NCBI GenBank assembly: GCA_040879685.1
Contig: JBBDJW010000012.1
Location: forward strand, 14,233 to 78,232
Direction of reading: 5' to 3'
DNA: 64,000 nt
DNA from: Minisyncoccota bacterium
GTDB taxonomy: Bacteria; Patescibacteriota; Minisyncoccia; Phycocordibacterales; UBA2135
In this document: positions 39,740 to 48,332 of the stretch, one piece after another
How positions within the stretch are numbered: position 1 is the stretch's first letter
Layout: each line of letters opens with the position of its first letter
Notes under the pieces: generated by a model
Seen by the model: the letters and a program-made list of their open reading frames with translations, nothing else
Database searches by the model: none
What the model was told of the DNA's origin: nothing
Made by a program: the position numbers and the translations under genes

Positions 39740-39779
39740 TTATAAAGGACATTCCGCTATAGCGGAATGTCCTTTATAA
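39740..39779. repeat. 40-bp perfect palindrome after yraN
   Basis: TTATAAAGGACATTCCGCTATAGCGGAATGTCCTTTATAA; the centre CGCTATAGCG is shared with 12255-12300. Confidence 0.9.
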
Positions 39780-39813
39780 ATGTCTTTTATAATGTTACTG
39801 GTTAATAACAAAA

Positions 39814-40137
39814 TCGGGGCGCCAGAATTTCCGCCTCGTGCCAGAGAAGAGATAAGTCTCAATCTCAAGGGGGCGGACAGGCGAACCCGGAATCGCTCAA
39901 ATTTTCTCAATCAGGAAAATTTCCGCAGAAGTGCATAGGCACTTCTGGTTAAAAACAGAGTCGGGGCGCCGGGATTCGAACCCGGAGTCGCTCGGTCCCA
40001 AACCGAGAATGTTAGCCGTTACACCACGCCCCGACTCTATTTTTAACCCCAAACGAGAATGCCTACCCCCTCAGAAATCTTCAGTTTCTGACTGGGTTAG
40101 CTCCGCCAGAGGCGGACAGGCGTTACACCGCTTCCCG
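39814..40137 (-). pseudogene. Fragmented tRNA-Pro copy interrupted by palindromic insertions and surrounding the intact tRNA-Pro
   Basis: Fragments at 39814-39829, 39882-39898, 40048-40061, 40096-40101 and 40121-40137 are collinear with the intact gene. Confidence 0.7.
39961..40033 (-). tRNA. tRNA-Pro (TGG), CCA not encoded
   Basis: CGGGGCG...CTCGG-TTTGGGA-CCGAG...GGTTCGAATCC...CGCCCCGA. Confidence 0.95.
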
Positions 40138-40292
40138 TGTATTTCTATACTATAACTTACATAGTGTAGCAATATGAGCGCTAAACTTCAATAAAAATTA
40201 CTGACAAAGCTCTCTTTCTGGTATTCTTTTATAGTATTAATGACTAAGAAATCTTCTAAAATTGGTGTACAGGTGCCCACAGCGGGCGGACC

Positions 40293-41087
40293 TTACAAGG
40301 TAATTGAAACCGGACAATGGTCTGAACCCATAATTTCAGGATGAATTTCTGCTTTCTTTAGACGTTTTACAAGTTTTTTGCTTGTAAAGATGTAATCAAT
40401 TCTCCAACCTACATTTCGTTCACGAGCGCGTTGCCAGTGTGTCCACCATGTATATTTTTCTTTTTCATTTGGATGAAGTGTACGGAATGTATCTATAAAT
40501 CCTGCAGAAAGTATTTCGTTGATACCTTCTCGTTCTTCTTTTGTATAACCATGCTTACCTTCATTTTGCTTAGGGCGCGCTAGGTCAATAGGAGAGTGGG
40601 CAACGTTTAAATCACCACAGAAAACAACAGGTCTTTTCCTTTCAAGCTGTTTCATATAGGCTAAAAAAGCCGGATCCCAGTGTTTTTCACGGAGTGTAAG
40701 GCGTGAAAGATCACCTTTTGAATTGGGTGTGTAAACTGAAACAATATAGATTGTTCCCGTATCTATGGCAATAATACGCCCCTCTTCATTTGGATTACCA
40801 TACCTATCTTCTTCAAGTTTATATTTCTTTACCAACTCTTTTGGGAAACCAAGAAGAATGCTCTTGGGCGCTTGCTTGATAAAAATAGCAGTACCACTGT
40901 AGCCCTTTTTCTTCGCCGAAGACCAAAATTCTTTGTAGTCAGGGAGATCAAGGGGGGATTGTTGTTGTTCCGCCTTTGTTTCTTGGAGACAAATGACGTC
41001 TGGTTTTAATGTCTTTAAAAACAGAGTAAATGCACCCTTCTTCTCAACAGCACGTATGCCATTCACATTCCACGATACTATTTTCAT
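40293..41087 (-). CDS. xth: Exodeoxyribonuclease III (AP endonuclease)
   Basis: SWNVNGIRA, LQETK, GDLNVAH, GWRIDY, SDHCP. Confidence 0.96.
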   Translation of the reverse strand: MKIVSWNVNGIRAVEKKGAFTLFLKTLKPDVICLQETKAEQQQSPLDLPDYKEFWSSAKKKGYSGTAIFIKQAPKSILLGFPKELVKKYKLEEDRYGNPNEEGRIIAIDTGTIYIVSVYTPNSKGDLSRLTLREKHWDPAFLAYMKQLERKRPVVFCGDLNVAHSPIDLARPKQNEGKHGYTKEEREGINEILSAGFIDTFRTLHPNEKEKYTWWTHWQRARERNVGWRIDYIFTSKKLVKRLKKAEIHPEIMGSDHCPVSITL

Positions 41088-41190
41088 TAGAATTATTATA
41101 ATGAATTTTTGATACAATTAATACAATACTCCAATATTCTATAGAATATTAGAGTGTTTGTAGGATAAGTAATAAAGGAAATGAAAAACA

Positions 41191-42018
41191 ATGAGGACAA
41201 GAATACTGTCTCCTAAAGAAATAAGAGAATTCCAAAAAACGATATGGAAGTACTACAAAAAACATGGGCGTGATTTACCGTGGTGCAGAACACAAAATCC
41301 ATACCGGATTGTTGTGTCTGAAATAATGCTTCAACAAACACAGGTCTCTCGCGTTTTGGATAAATATAAAGAATTTTTAAGGGCGTTCCCGAGCTTTAAA
41401 ACACTTGCGCAGGCAAAACAAAGTGACGTCCTTCGCGTATGGCAAGGGCTTGGTTACAATCGTCGCGCACTCGCACTTCAGAGAATTGCTGTAAAAGTTG
41501 TTGAAGAGTACAAAGAAAAACTACCACAAGATCCCAAGGTGTTAAAAACATTTCCGGGAATCGGAGAGGCGAGTGCCTCCTCCATTGTTGTATTTGCATT
41601 TAATAAATCAGAGATATTTATTGAGACAAATATACGAAGCGTTTTTATTCACTTTTTCTTTAAAAACAAAAAGAATGTTTATGATAAGGATATTTTTCCT
41701 CTTATTGAACAAACACTTGATACAAAAAATCCACGAAAGTGGTATTTTGCGCTTATGGATTATGGTGTAATGTTAAAAAAGGGAGAAAACCCAAGTAGAA
41801 AAAGCGTGCATCACATAAAACAAAAACCCTTTAAAGAATCAGATCGCTATATTCGCGGGTATATAATAAAACTTTTAATACAGAACAAAAAACAAACTCT
41901 TTTCCAACTTCAAAAAGCGGTTCATAGAGATAAAGAAAGAATAGAGAAATGTCTCCACGACTTGAATCAAGAAGGTTTTCTTAAAAAGAGTAAAAATGTA
42001 TATTCTTTAGTCGGATAA
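41191..42018 (+). CDS. mutY: MutY-like A/G adenine glycosylase lacking the [4Fe-4S] cysteines
   Basis: RDLPW, PY...VSEIMLQQTQV, WQGLGYNRRA, PGIG; no C-x6-C-x2-C-x5-C motif. Confidence 0.85.
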   Translation: MRTRILSPKEIREFQKTIWKYYKKHGRDLPWCRTQNPYRIVVSEIMLQQTQVSRVLDKYKEFLRAFPSFKTLAQAKQSDVLRVWQGLGYNRRALALQRIAVKVVEEYKEKLPQDPKVLKTFPGIGEASASSIVVFAFNKSEIFIETNIRSVFIHFFFKNKKNVYDKDIFPLIEQTLDTKNPRKWYFALMDYGVMLKKGENPSRKSVHHIKQKPFKESDRYIRGYIIKLLIQNKKQTLFQLQKAVHRDKERIEKCLHDLNQEGFLKKSKNVYSLVG

Positions 42019-42042
42019 TTTTTCATGCTACACTTTTAAGTA

Positions 42043-43128
42043 ATGGAATATTTCTCAAACAAAATTACCGAAGTGTTGACACAGCTTGGCATTGATGGGT
42101 CCCGCGTCTCTCTTGGCAATAGCGTTCTTGATTATAGCGAAGCGCTTGTTGTTTTTGTCCTCCTCCTCATTGCTTTTAAGCTCTTTCAAACACTCCTGCT
42201 CGTAAACCTGAAGCGGCTTGCGAGCAAGACACAGACAGATGTTGATGACACGTTCATAAAAATTATTGAAAGCATCAAACCGCCCTTCTACTCTTTTGTT
42301 GCCGTTTACTTAGCGGTTCAATTTCTCGTCGTCTCCTCGTTCATTGAAAAACTTATTGATGTTGTTCTTATTATTTGGATTGTTTATGAGGTGGTAAGTG
42401 TCTTTCAGATTCTTGTTTCCTATATCATTGCAAAGCGTTTCCAAAAAGAACAAGATACAGCAACGCGAAGTGCCTTAATAATGCTTGGTAAAATTACCAA
42501 AGGTGTCTTGTGGGCGGTTGGAATTTTGATGATTCTCTCTAATCTCGGCATTAACATCACCTCACTTGTCGCGGGCCTTGGCATTGGTGGTATTGCGATT
42601 GCGTTTGCATTACAGAATATTTTAACTGATCTCTTTTCCTCGTTTGCAATTTATTTTGATAAGCCGTTTATGGTTGGAGACTTTATTACTGTCGGTAAAG
42701 ATTCTGGAGTGGTTGAGAAGATTGGTATCAAAACAACTCGTATTAGAGCCCTCTCCGGCGAAGAGCTTGTTATTTCAAACAAAGAGCTTACCACGGCACG
42801 AATTCAAAACTTTAAACGCCTTAAGGAGCGCCGATTGGACATTGTGCTTGGTGTTGTCTATGGTACAAAAAAGGAACAGTTGGAGAAAATCCCGGGGATG
42901 CTCAAGGAAATTATTTCTCATGTTCCAAAAACTCGTTTTGACAGGGCGCATTTTAAAACGTTTGCTCCCTCGTCTCTTGATTTTGAAATTGTTGCGTATG
43001 TTGAAAGTGCCGACTACGCGGAGTTTATGGATGCTCGTGAAAAAATCAATTTGGGAATTGTTGAGCGTTTTGAAAAAGAAGGCATTGTATTTGCTTACCC
43101 AACACAAACGGTCTACATTGAAAAATAA
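42043..43128 (+). CDS. MscS family mechanosensitive channel
   Basis: AGLGIGGIAIAFALQ, DKPF.VGD, GVVE.IG..TT, FAYPTQT. Confidence 0.93.
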   Translation: MEYFSNKITEVLTQLGIDGSRVSLGNSVLDYSEALVVFVLLLIAFKLFQTLLLVNLKRLASKTQTDVDDTFIKIIESIKPPFYSFVAVYLAVQFLVVSSFIEKLIDVVLIIWIVYEVVSVFQILVSYIIAKRFQKEQDTATRSALIMLGKITKGVLWAVGILMILSNLGINITSLVAGLGIGGIAIAFALQNILTDLFSSFAIYFDKPFMVGDFITVGKDSGVVEKIGIKTTRIRALSGEELVISNKELTTARIQNFKRLKERRLDIVLGVVYGTKKEQLEKIPGMLKEIISHVPKTRFDRAHFKTFAPSSLDFEIVAYVESADYAEFMDAREKINLGIVERFEKEGIVFAYPTQTVYIEK

Positions 43129-43252
43129 AATTTTCAATTGTAATCAATCATTGTACTTATTTGTGTGGTGTTATACTTCGGAAGTATAACACGAACAAAA
43201 GAGCTCGTTCTTGATTTTTTAATTGAGGAATTTCTAATAAAATACAAGGTGG

Positions 43253-44434
43253 TTAGTTTTCAAGTACCTCAACGAGCTTTGCTTTAAGAGCAGGAGCGCT
43301 CGTGCTCGCAAAACCCTCTTTCTTTTCAACGAGATTCCCCGAAAGTAGTTTCTCTACGCTCTCTCCGCTCTCTTCCAGAAGAGAGCGGTTTATATGTTGT
43401 AAGGTTAGCGCGCGTAGGTCTCGCGTGCTTGTTGTGTCGCCTTCTGTGCGTAGTGTGATGATGCCAAGAAGATTGTTGTCATACATATCAACCACAGCTC
43501 CTCCTGATGAGCCTTCTTGTGCGGTAATGATTCCCCCAACAGAGACAAGGTCAAGTGGGCCGTATTTTTCTTCAGAGAAAGTGAAGATTTCTTTTATAAG
43601 AGTAATACTTGAACTTACCCATAAATCACGACTAATGGTGATACCACCAAGGAAACCTGCCGGATACCCGGCGACAAGCACGGGATCTCCGCGGCGGATT
43701 GTTTTTGAGAGAGGAAAGATATCAAGTGAGGGGAAGCTCTCCGGCCTTTCTGTATTAGGATTAGTGGTACCCGTGATATAGAGAAAGGCAAAATCGTTTT
43801 CCCCCGTTGATGTTGTTTCCGGTTTTATAATGCTCTCAATATTTTCATCAATCCATGATGAGGAAATAAAAAGAGGTTCTGCAGTATAGGCAACGCGGGC
43901 AGGAGAGCCGGTTCGTATCACACAATTAATAAAAGGAGTATCCTGATAGGTTTCAAGGAGAAAGTATTGCGCGACGTGTGCATTTGTAAGAATGACCCCC
44001 CGCTCATCAATGATAACACCGCTAGCACTTATTGGATTAAAGAAGCCGCCATGCGCAGGTAAACAAAATATATTTACCACTGCCTCTCGTGTTGTTTGGT
44101 TAACGTGCACCCCTGAAAGGGTTATTTTTTTAGGAATTGGAAGAGGTATCACGGCAGTGCTACTTTCCTGAAGGGTCTCTAGAAAATCTTTTCCGACAAG
44201 AGCCTCTTCTTTTTCTGCTCTGGTCGTGTTTTCAGGAAGAGGTTGAATGGGCACTTCTTCCGGAGATTCTTCAATTTCTTGAGGTTTCTCCCCACTTTCT
44301 TCTACTTGAGGCGCCGGCGTGATGTCTTGAATATAAACGAACGTTTGTTGGGTTGTGGCGATACCTAAAAATGCTAAAATTGCCGTTATGGCGACAAGCA
44401 CAGCCTCTAATATTGTTGCGATAGTGTCAAACAT
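43253..44434 (-). CDS. Membrane-anchored trypsin-like serine protease
   Basis: Catalytic triad motifs LTNAHV, NDFA, GSSGG. Confidence 0.85.
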   Translation of the reverse strand: MFDTIATILEAVLVAITAILAFLGIATTQQTFVYIQDITPAPQVEESGEKPQEIEESPEEVPIQPLPENTTRAEKEEALVGKDFLETLQESSTAVIPLPIPKKITLSGVHVNQTTREAVVNIFCLPAHGGFFNPISASGVIIDERGVILTNAHVAQYFLLETYQDTPFINCVIRTGSPARVAYTAEPLFISSSWIDENIESIIKPETTSTGENDFAFLYITGTTNPNTERPESFPSLDIFPLSKTIRRGDPVLVAGYPAGFLGGITISRDLWVSSSITLIKEIFTFSEEKYGPLDLVSVGGIITAQEGSSGGAVVDMYDNNLLGIITLRTEGDTTSTRDLRALTLQHINRSLLEESGESVEKLLSGNLVEKKEGFASTSAPALKAKLVEVLEN

Positions 44435-44514
44435 ATTCTCTCTAGAGTTTCATAATAACACTCTTTTTCAGGAGAAGGATAATTTTTGACAGGTAGAGAA
44501 AATATTGCATAGTA

Positions 44515-44542
44515 TTGACAAACGGATATGCTTGTGTATACT
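44515..44542 (+). promoter_or_regulatory. Sigma70 promoter
   Basis: TTGACA-16 nt-TATACT. Confidence 0.65.
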
Positions 44543-44639
44543 ATAAAGCATAGCACCGTTAAGCGTGCTATTTTATTGGGTTATTTATGAAGGTCCTTGT
44601 AATAGAGGGCCGTTATAAATATAAAGTAAAAACATTTTT

Positions 44640-44753
44640 ATGAACGAAAATACAAACCCAACAGAGGGTGGAAACGAGGAGAAAACTCCAGAAGCTACTC
44701 CAGAAGCTACCCCACAAGCAGCTCCAGAAGCTGGTAGTGAGTCAGCTGAGTAA
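44640..44753 (+). CDS. 37-aa acidic low-complexity peptide with TPEA repeats (not in the ORF track)
   Basis: MNENTNPTEGGNEEKTPEATPEATPQAAPEAGSESAE; in-frame 12-bp repeats; has its own promoter and terminator. Confidence 0.55.
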   Translation: MNENTNPTEGGNEEKTPEATPEATPQAAPEAGSESAE

Positions 44754-44802
44754 CCACTCTTTTAGATGTACGTCTCGTTACTTATATACATAAGTAGAGA
44801 CG

Positions 44803-44847
44803 ACAAGACAAAACCCCTCCGCCTAAGGCGGAGGGGTTTTGTCTTGT
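44803..44847 (+). terminator. Strong intrinsic terminator
   Basis: ACAAGACAAAACCCCTCCGCC-TAA-GGCGGAGGGGTTTTGTCTTGT. Confidence 0.8.
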
Positions 44848-44881
44848 ATGTGTTGTTTGTGCTATATTTTGTCTGTACAGG

Positions 44882-44931
44882 GCGGGCGTAGTTCCCGCCT
44901 GAGGCGGGTCAGCCTTTGGCTGAAAATGGTA
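44882..44931 (+). pseudogene. 5' fragment of tRNA-Gly interrupted by a palindromic insertion
   Basis: GCGGGCGTAGTT[CCCGCCTGAGGCGGGTCAGCCTTTGGCTGA]AAATGGTA versus intact GCGGGCGTAGTTAAATGGTA. Confidence 0.7.
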
Positions 44932-44983
44932 AGGTAAAAGATGCCAAGAAGCGAGGGATCACTTACCTTTAAATAGAAAATTT

Positions 44984-45054
44984 GCGGGCGTAGTTAAATG
45001 GTATAATATCTGCCTTCCAAGCAGAGGTTGGGAGTTCGATTCTCCCCACCCGCA
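44984..45054 (+). tRNA. tRNA-Gly (TCC), CCA not encoded
   Basis: GCGGGCG...TCTGC-CTTCCAA-GCAGA...GTTCGATTC...CACCCGCA. Confidence 0.95.
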
Positions 45055-45085
45055 CATACAACACGCAAAACCTCTGCGAGAGCAG

Positions 45086-45289
45086 GGGTTTTGTTGTGGT
45101 GTACTGCGGTTCGAGAATCGAACCGAGGCGACGCGAAGCCCTCTGCGTAGCCTTAGCGGAGCAGAGGAGTCGCCGAGCGCGGGTCGGGTAGCTCAGATAT
45201 TTTTGGAATGAAGTGAACAAGAATATCGAGCGAAGCTGACCGATTCTCCCCACCCGCACATACAACACGCAAAACCTCTGCGAGAGCAG
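45086..45289 (+). repeat. tRNA-Gly-associated structured element ending in a 49-bp duplicate of the tRNA 3' end and trailer
   Basis: 45037-45085 is identical to 45241-45289; antisense T-arm GAGAATCGAAC at 45113-45123. Confidence 0.88.
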
Positions 45290-45532
45290 TATACACACAA
45301 GTCAGACTTGTGTGGTATTGAACCATTACGGAGGGTTGACAAATTAAAACAAGTATGATTATATTCTTCTAGATGTGAACATTGCAATAGGCGTGTTTGC
45401 CGTAGCAGAAAGTGCCTTATTCTCGGGCTTTTTCTGCTACGGCACACCTGCATTCCGCGTCTGTGCTTCGTTGGCCCCTGTATTTAACAGGTACAGGGAA
45501 AAACCCGACTAGCAGTCGGAAAGGAGACGAAA

Positions 45533-46159
45533 ATGAAATACGCTTCTCTCGATCTCGGAACCGTTGAGGCGGTCTTCAACAAGCTCGGCGGCCTCGAAGG
45601 CGCTCGTGCGTTTCTGCGCGACGAGCAGAAGCTCGCTCCGGTCTCGTTCGAACGCAACGAGCACGGTCACATCGTGCTCACGATCACCGGTCTCGATCTC
45701 ACGGGCGAAGAGGAAATCGATCGGCTCACGGTCGCCGGATTCAGCGTGAGCGACTGGGCGAAGTCGTGCATGCTGTCCGAAAAGAAGGACAGCTACGATA
45801 AGAACCATCGGCTCGTCGCCGGAGTAGAGTACAAGATCTCGCTCATGCCCACACAAGAGACCGGGCGCGATTCCGACCGCACCACCGATGCCCTGCGTAA
45901 GCGTGGCATCGAGAAGTACGGGTACAAGTTGCCGCTTGCCGGCATCGTCCCGCGTATCCGCGAGTCCATCTCGGACGCTAGAATGAAGGAAATGGGGTTC
46001 TTGTACATCGCTGCTCCCCATGACCCCATCAAGGATTCCGACGGTGCTCCGGGTGTGCTCTGCGCGGGCCGGCGCGACGACGGGCTTTGGCCCGACGCGC
46101 TTTGGGATCATCACGACTATCACTGGCATGACCACGGTGCGTTCGCGTTCCTCGTCTGA
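45533..46159 (+). CDS. GC-rich hypothetical protein, candidate DGR-type variable protein
   Basis: AAGGAG RBS; visibly GC-rich versus neighbours; C-terminal W..H..H..W....FAF segment; hairpin after the stop. Confidence 0.75.
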   Translation: MKYASLDLGTVEAVFNKLGGLEGARAFLRDEQKLAPVSFERNEHGHIVLTITGLDLTGEEEIDRLTVAGFSVSDWAKSCMLSEKKDSYDKNHRLVAGVEYKISLMPTQETGRDSDRTTDALRKRGIEKYGYKLPLAGIVPRIRESISDARMKEMGFLYIAAPHDPIKDSDGAPGVLCAGRRDDGLWPDALWDHHDYHWHDHGAFAFLV

Positions 46160-46174
46160 CGAGATAGCACTCTT

Positions 46175-46205
46175 GGGCCCCGACACAATGTTGGGGTCTT
46201 TTTTT
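46175..46205 (+). terminator. Hairpin with U-tract after the GC-rich gene
   Basis: GGGCCCCGACA-CAA-TGTTGGGGTCT-TTTTTT. Confidence 0.65.
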
Positions 46206-46253
46206 ACACAACACTTTACATAAAGCGCTAAAACACGTACCCTAGCAACTATT

Positions 46254-47354
46254 ATGGAACATATTGAAATTAAAGAATTAGAAAACTCTCAAATAGAAAT
46301 TACGGCAAGCATCTCCGTTGCGGACTATGAGAAATACCGAGGAGGCGTCCTCAAGCGCTTCGGAGAGTCTATGGAGGTAGATGGCTTCCGAAAAGGCAAT
46401 ATCCCCGAGGAGATGATTGAAAAGAAGGCAGGTGATGTCGCCCTCTTGCATGAAATGGCGAGCGAGGCAATTGCGGACATTTATCCGAAAATCATAGAGG
46501 AGAAAAAGATAGAGGCAATCGGCCGCCCCGAGATAACCATTACCAAAATGGCAAAGGGCAACCCGCTTGAGTTTAAGGCGATAACAGCGGTTGTCCCCGC
46601 TTTTACATTGCCGGACTATAAGAAAATCGCTCATAACATTGTTCAGAAAGAAGGGGAAGGTGAGAGCATCGTGACTAACGATGAAGTAGAGAAAACCATT
46701 CTTGAGATCCGCACCAACTGGGCGCACCAGATGGAGCGGGTTAAAAATGCGGGTAACGAAGAGTCAACTGACACAACAGGACAAGAAGCCCAAAAGTCGC
46801 CTCACGCGACGGGGCAAGAAAAAAATGAAGAACCAATTTTACCTGAGCTTAACGACGAGTTTGCAAAACAACTCGGTGATTTTAAGAACGTCGCCGACCT
46901 CAAAGCAAAACTAAAAGAAAATCTCAGGACAGAAAAGACGGCAAAAGATAAAGAGAAAGTTCGTGTTGCTCTTATTGAGGAAATAGTAAAAGAGACAACT
47001 ATTATGCCGCCTCAAATATTGATTGACGGAGAACTTTCACGGATGATGGCGCAATTTAAGGACAATGTCGCGACGATGGGGCAAAAGCCGGAAGAGTATT
47101 TCAAACAGATTAAAAAGACAGAAGACGAGGTGCAAGAAGGGTGGAAAGGCGATGCGCAAAAGCGAGTCAAGACACAGCTTATTCTGCATAAAATTGCTGA
47201 TGAAGAAGGGCTCTCTGTCGGCGAAGATGAGCTTAAAAAAGAAGTACATGCTGTGATGGAAAAATATCCTGAAGTTCGTGAAGAGCAGGCGCGTGGATAT
47301 GTTGAAAACATTCTTCTTAACGAGGCCACATTTGCCTTCCTTGAAAAGCAATAA
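46254..47354 (+). CDS. tig: Trigger factor lacking the FKBP PPIase domain
   Basis: DGFRKG ribosome-binding motif and [10 protein letters not shown]; a short linker stands in place of the FKBP domain. Confidence 0.92.
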   Translation: MEHIEIKELENSQIEITASISVADYEKYRGGVLKRFGESMEVDGFRKGNIPEEMIEKKAGDVALLHEMASEAIADIYPKIIEEKKIEAIGRPEITITKMAKGNPLEFKAITAVVPAFTLPDYKKIAHNIVQKEGEGESIVTNDEVEKTILEIRTNWAHQMERVKNAGNEESTDTTGQEAQKSPHATGQEKNEEPILPELNDEFAKQLGDFKNVADLKAKLKENLRTEKTAKDKEKVRVALIEEIVKETTIMPPQILIDGELSRMMAQFKDNVATMGQKPEEYFKQIKKTEDEVQEGWKGDAQKRVKTQLILHKIADEEGLSVGEDELKKEVHAVMEKYPEVREEQARGYVENILLNEATFAFLEKQ

Positions 47355-47377
47355 AAAACCGCTATACTCTAAGTATT

Positions 47378-47980
47378 ATGTTAATTCCAACTGTTATAGA
47401 AAAAACACAAGGGGGAGAGCGAGCCTACGATATCTATTCACGTCTTCTTAAGGAGCGCATCATCTTTTTAGGCGGTCCGATTGACGACACGATGGCAAAT
47501 ATCATTATCGCTCAGCTGCTCTTTCTTGAATCAGAAGACCCCAAGAAGGATGTTTCTTTGTATGTAAACTCTCCCGGTGGTTCAGTGACCGCAACTTTGG
47601 CGATTTGCGACACAATGAATCACATTAAACCGGATGTCTCTACAATTTGTATTGGTATGGCCGCATCGGGAGCATCAGTTATTCTCTCATCAGGAAAGAA
47701 AGGAAAGCGCTTCATGCTCCCTAACGCAGAGGTAATGATTCACCAGCCATTCGGAGGAGCGGAGGGGCAGGCATCTGACATCGCCATTACGGCAAAACAT
47801 ATTCTGGAAACAAAAGACCGTCTCAACAAAATTATGGCGAAGAATACTGGGCAGAACCTCGCACAGATTGAAAAAGACTCTGACCGCGACTTCTTTATGA
47901 CGGCAGAAGATGCTAAAAAATATGGCATCATTGATGAAATTGTGAAGTCCAAAAATCACACGGGGAAGAGTAAAAAATAA
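47378..47980 (+). CDS. clpP: ATP-dependent Clp protease proteolytic subunit
   Basis: [32 protein letters not shown]. Confidence 0.97.
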   Translation: MLIPTVIEKTQGGERAYDIYSRLLKERIIFLGGPIDDTMANIIIAQLLFLESEDPKKDVSLYVNSPGGSVTATLAICDTMNHIKPDVSTICIGMAASGASVILSSGKKGKRFMLPNAEVMIHQPFGGAEGQASDIAITAKHILETKDRLNKIMAKNTGQNLAQIEKDSDRDFFMTAEDAKKYGIIDEIVKSKNHTGKSKK

Positions 47981-48011
47981 GGAAAACCAGGGGTTTTCGC
48001 TTAGACTTTTT

Positions 48012-48037
48012 CAATACGCCAGGCGCCTGGCGTATTG
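48012..48037. repeat. 26-bp perfect palindrome (REP-like)
   Basis: CAATACGCCAGGCGCCTGGCGTATTG; a degenerate relative lies at 12413-12436. Confidence 0.8.
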
Positions 48038-48332
48038 GGGTGCCTTCTTTAGGAGGCTTGTTTTAGCCATTAGACAAGCCTCTATTTTCGTGATATTATT
48101 GAAATGTAGTGCACTCTACCTATTGTGAAAAAAGAGAGAGTATGTCAGAAAGAGAAAGAGATAGAGAGAGGGCAAGACGAACTTTAATTACCGATTTTTA
48201 ACTATCCCGTTTGTTTTTAAACATTTCCTTACTTTCTAAAATGTAGGTTAAAGATTCTTTTAATTTCCCAAATCCTTCTTTAGTAAGAGAGAGAGGAAGA
48301 AGGCGTATAAAAAACAAACAGGAGCAAGAACC

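Noticed and set aside
44969-45453. ORFs with the repeated peptide SQRFCVLYVRVGRI
   Set aside because: They are translations across tRNA-Gly and its 49-bp duplicate, not proteins.
45509-46186. 225-aa minus-strand ORF
   Set aside because: It is the antisense shadow of the GC-rich plus-strand gene, which has the RBS and terminator.
46254-47354. Trigger factor missing its PPIase domain as a novelty or pseudogene
   Set aside because: The ORF is intact. To my knowledge this shortened form is common in CPR, so it is listed only as a feature.
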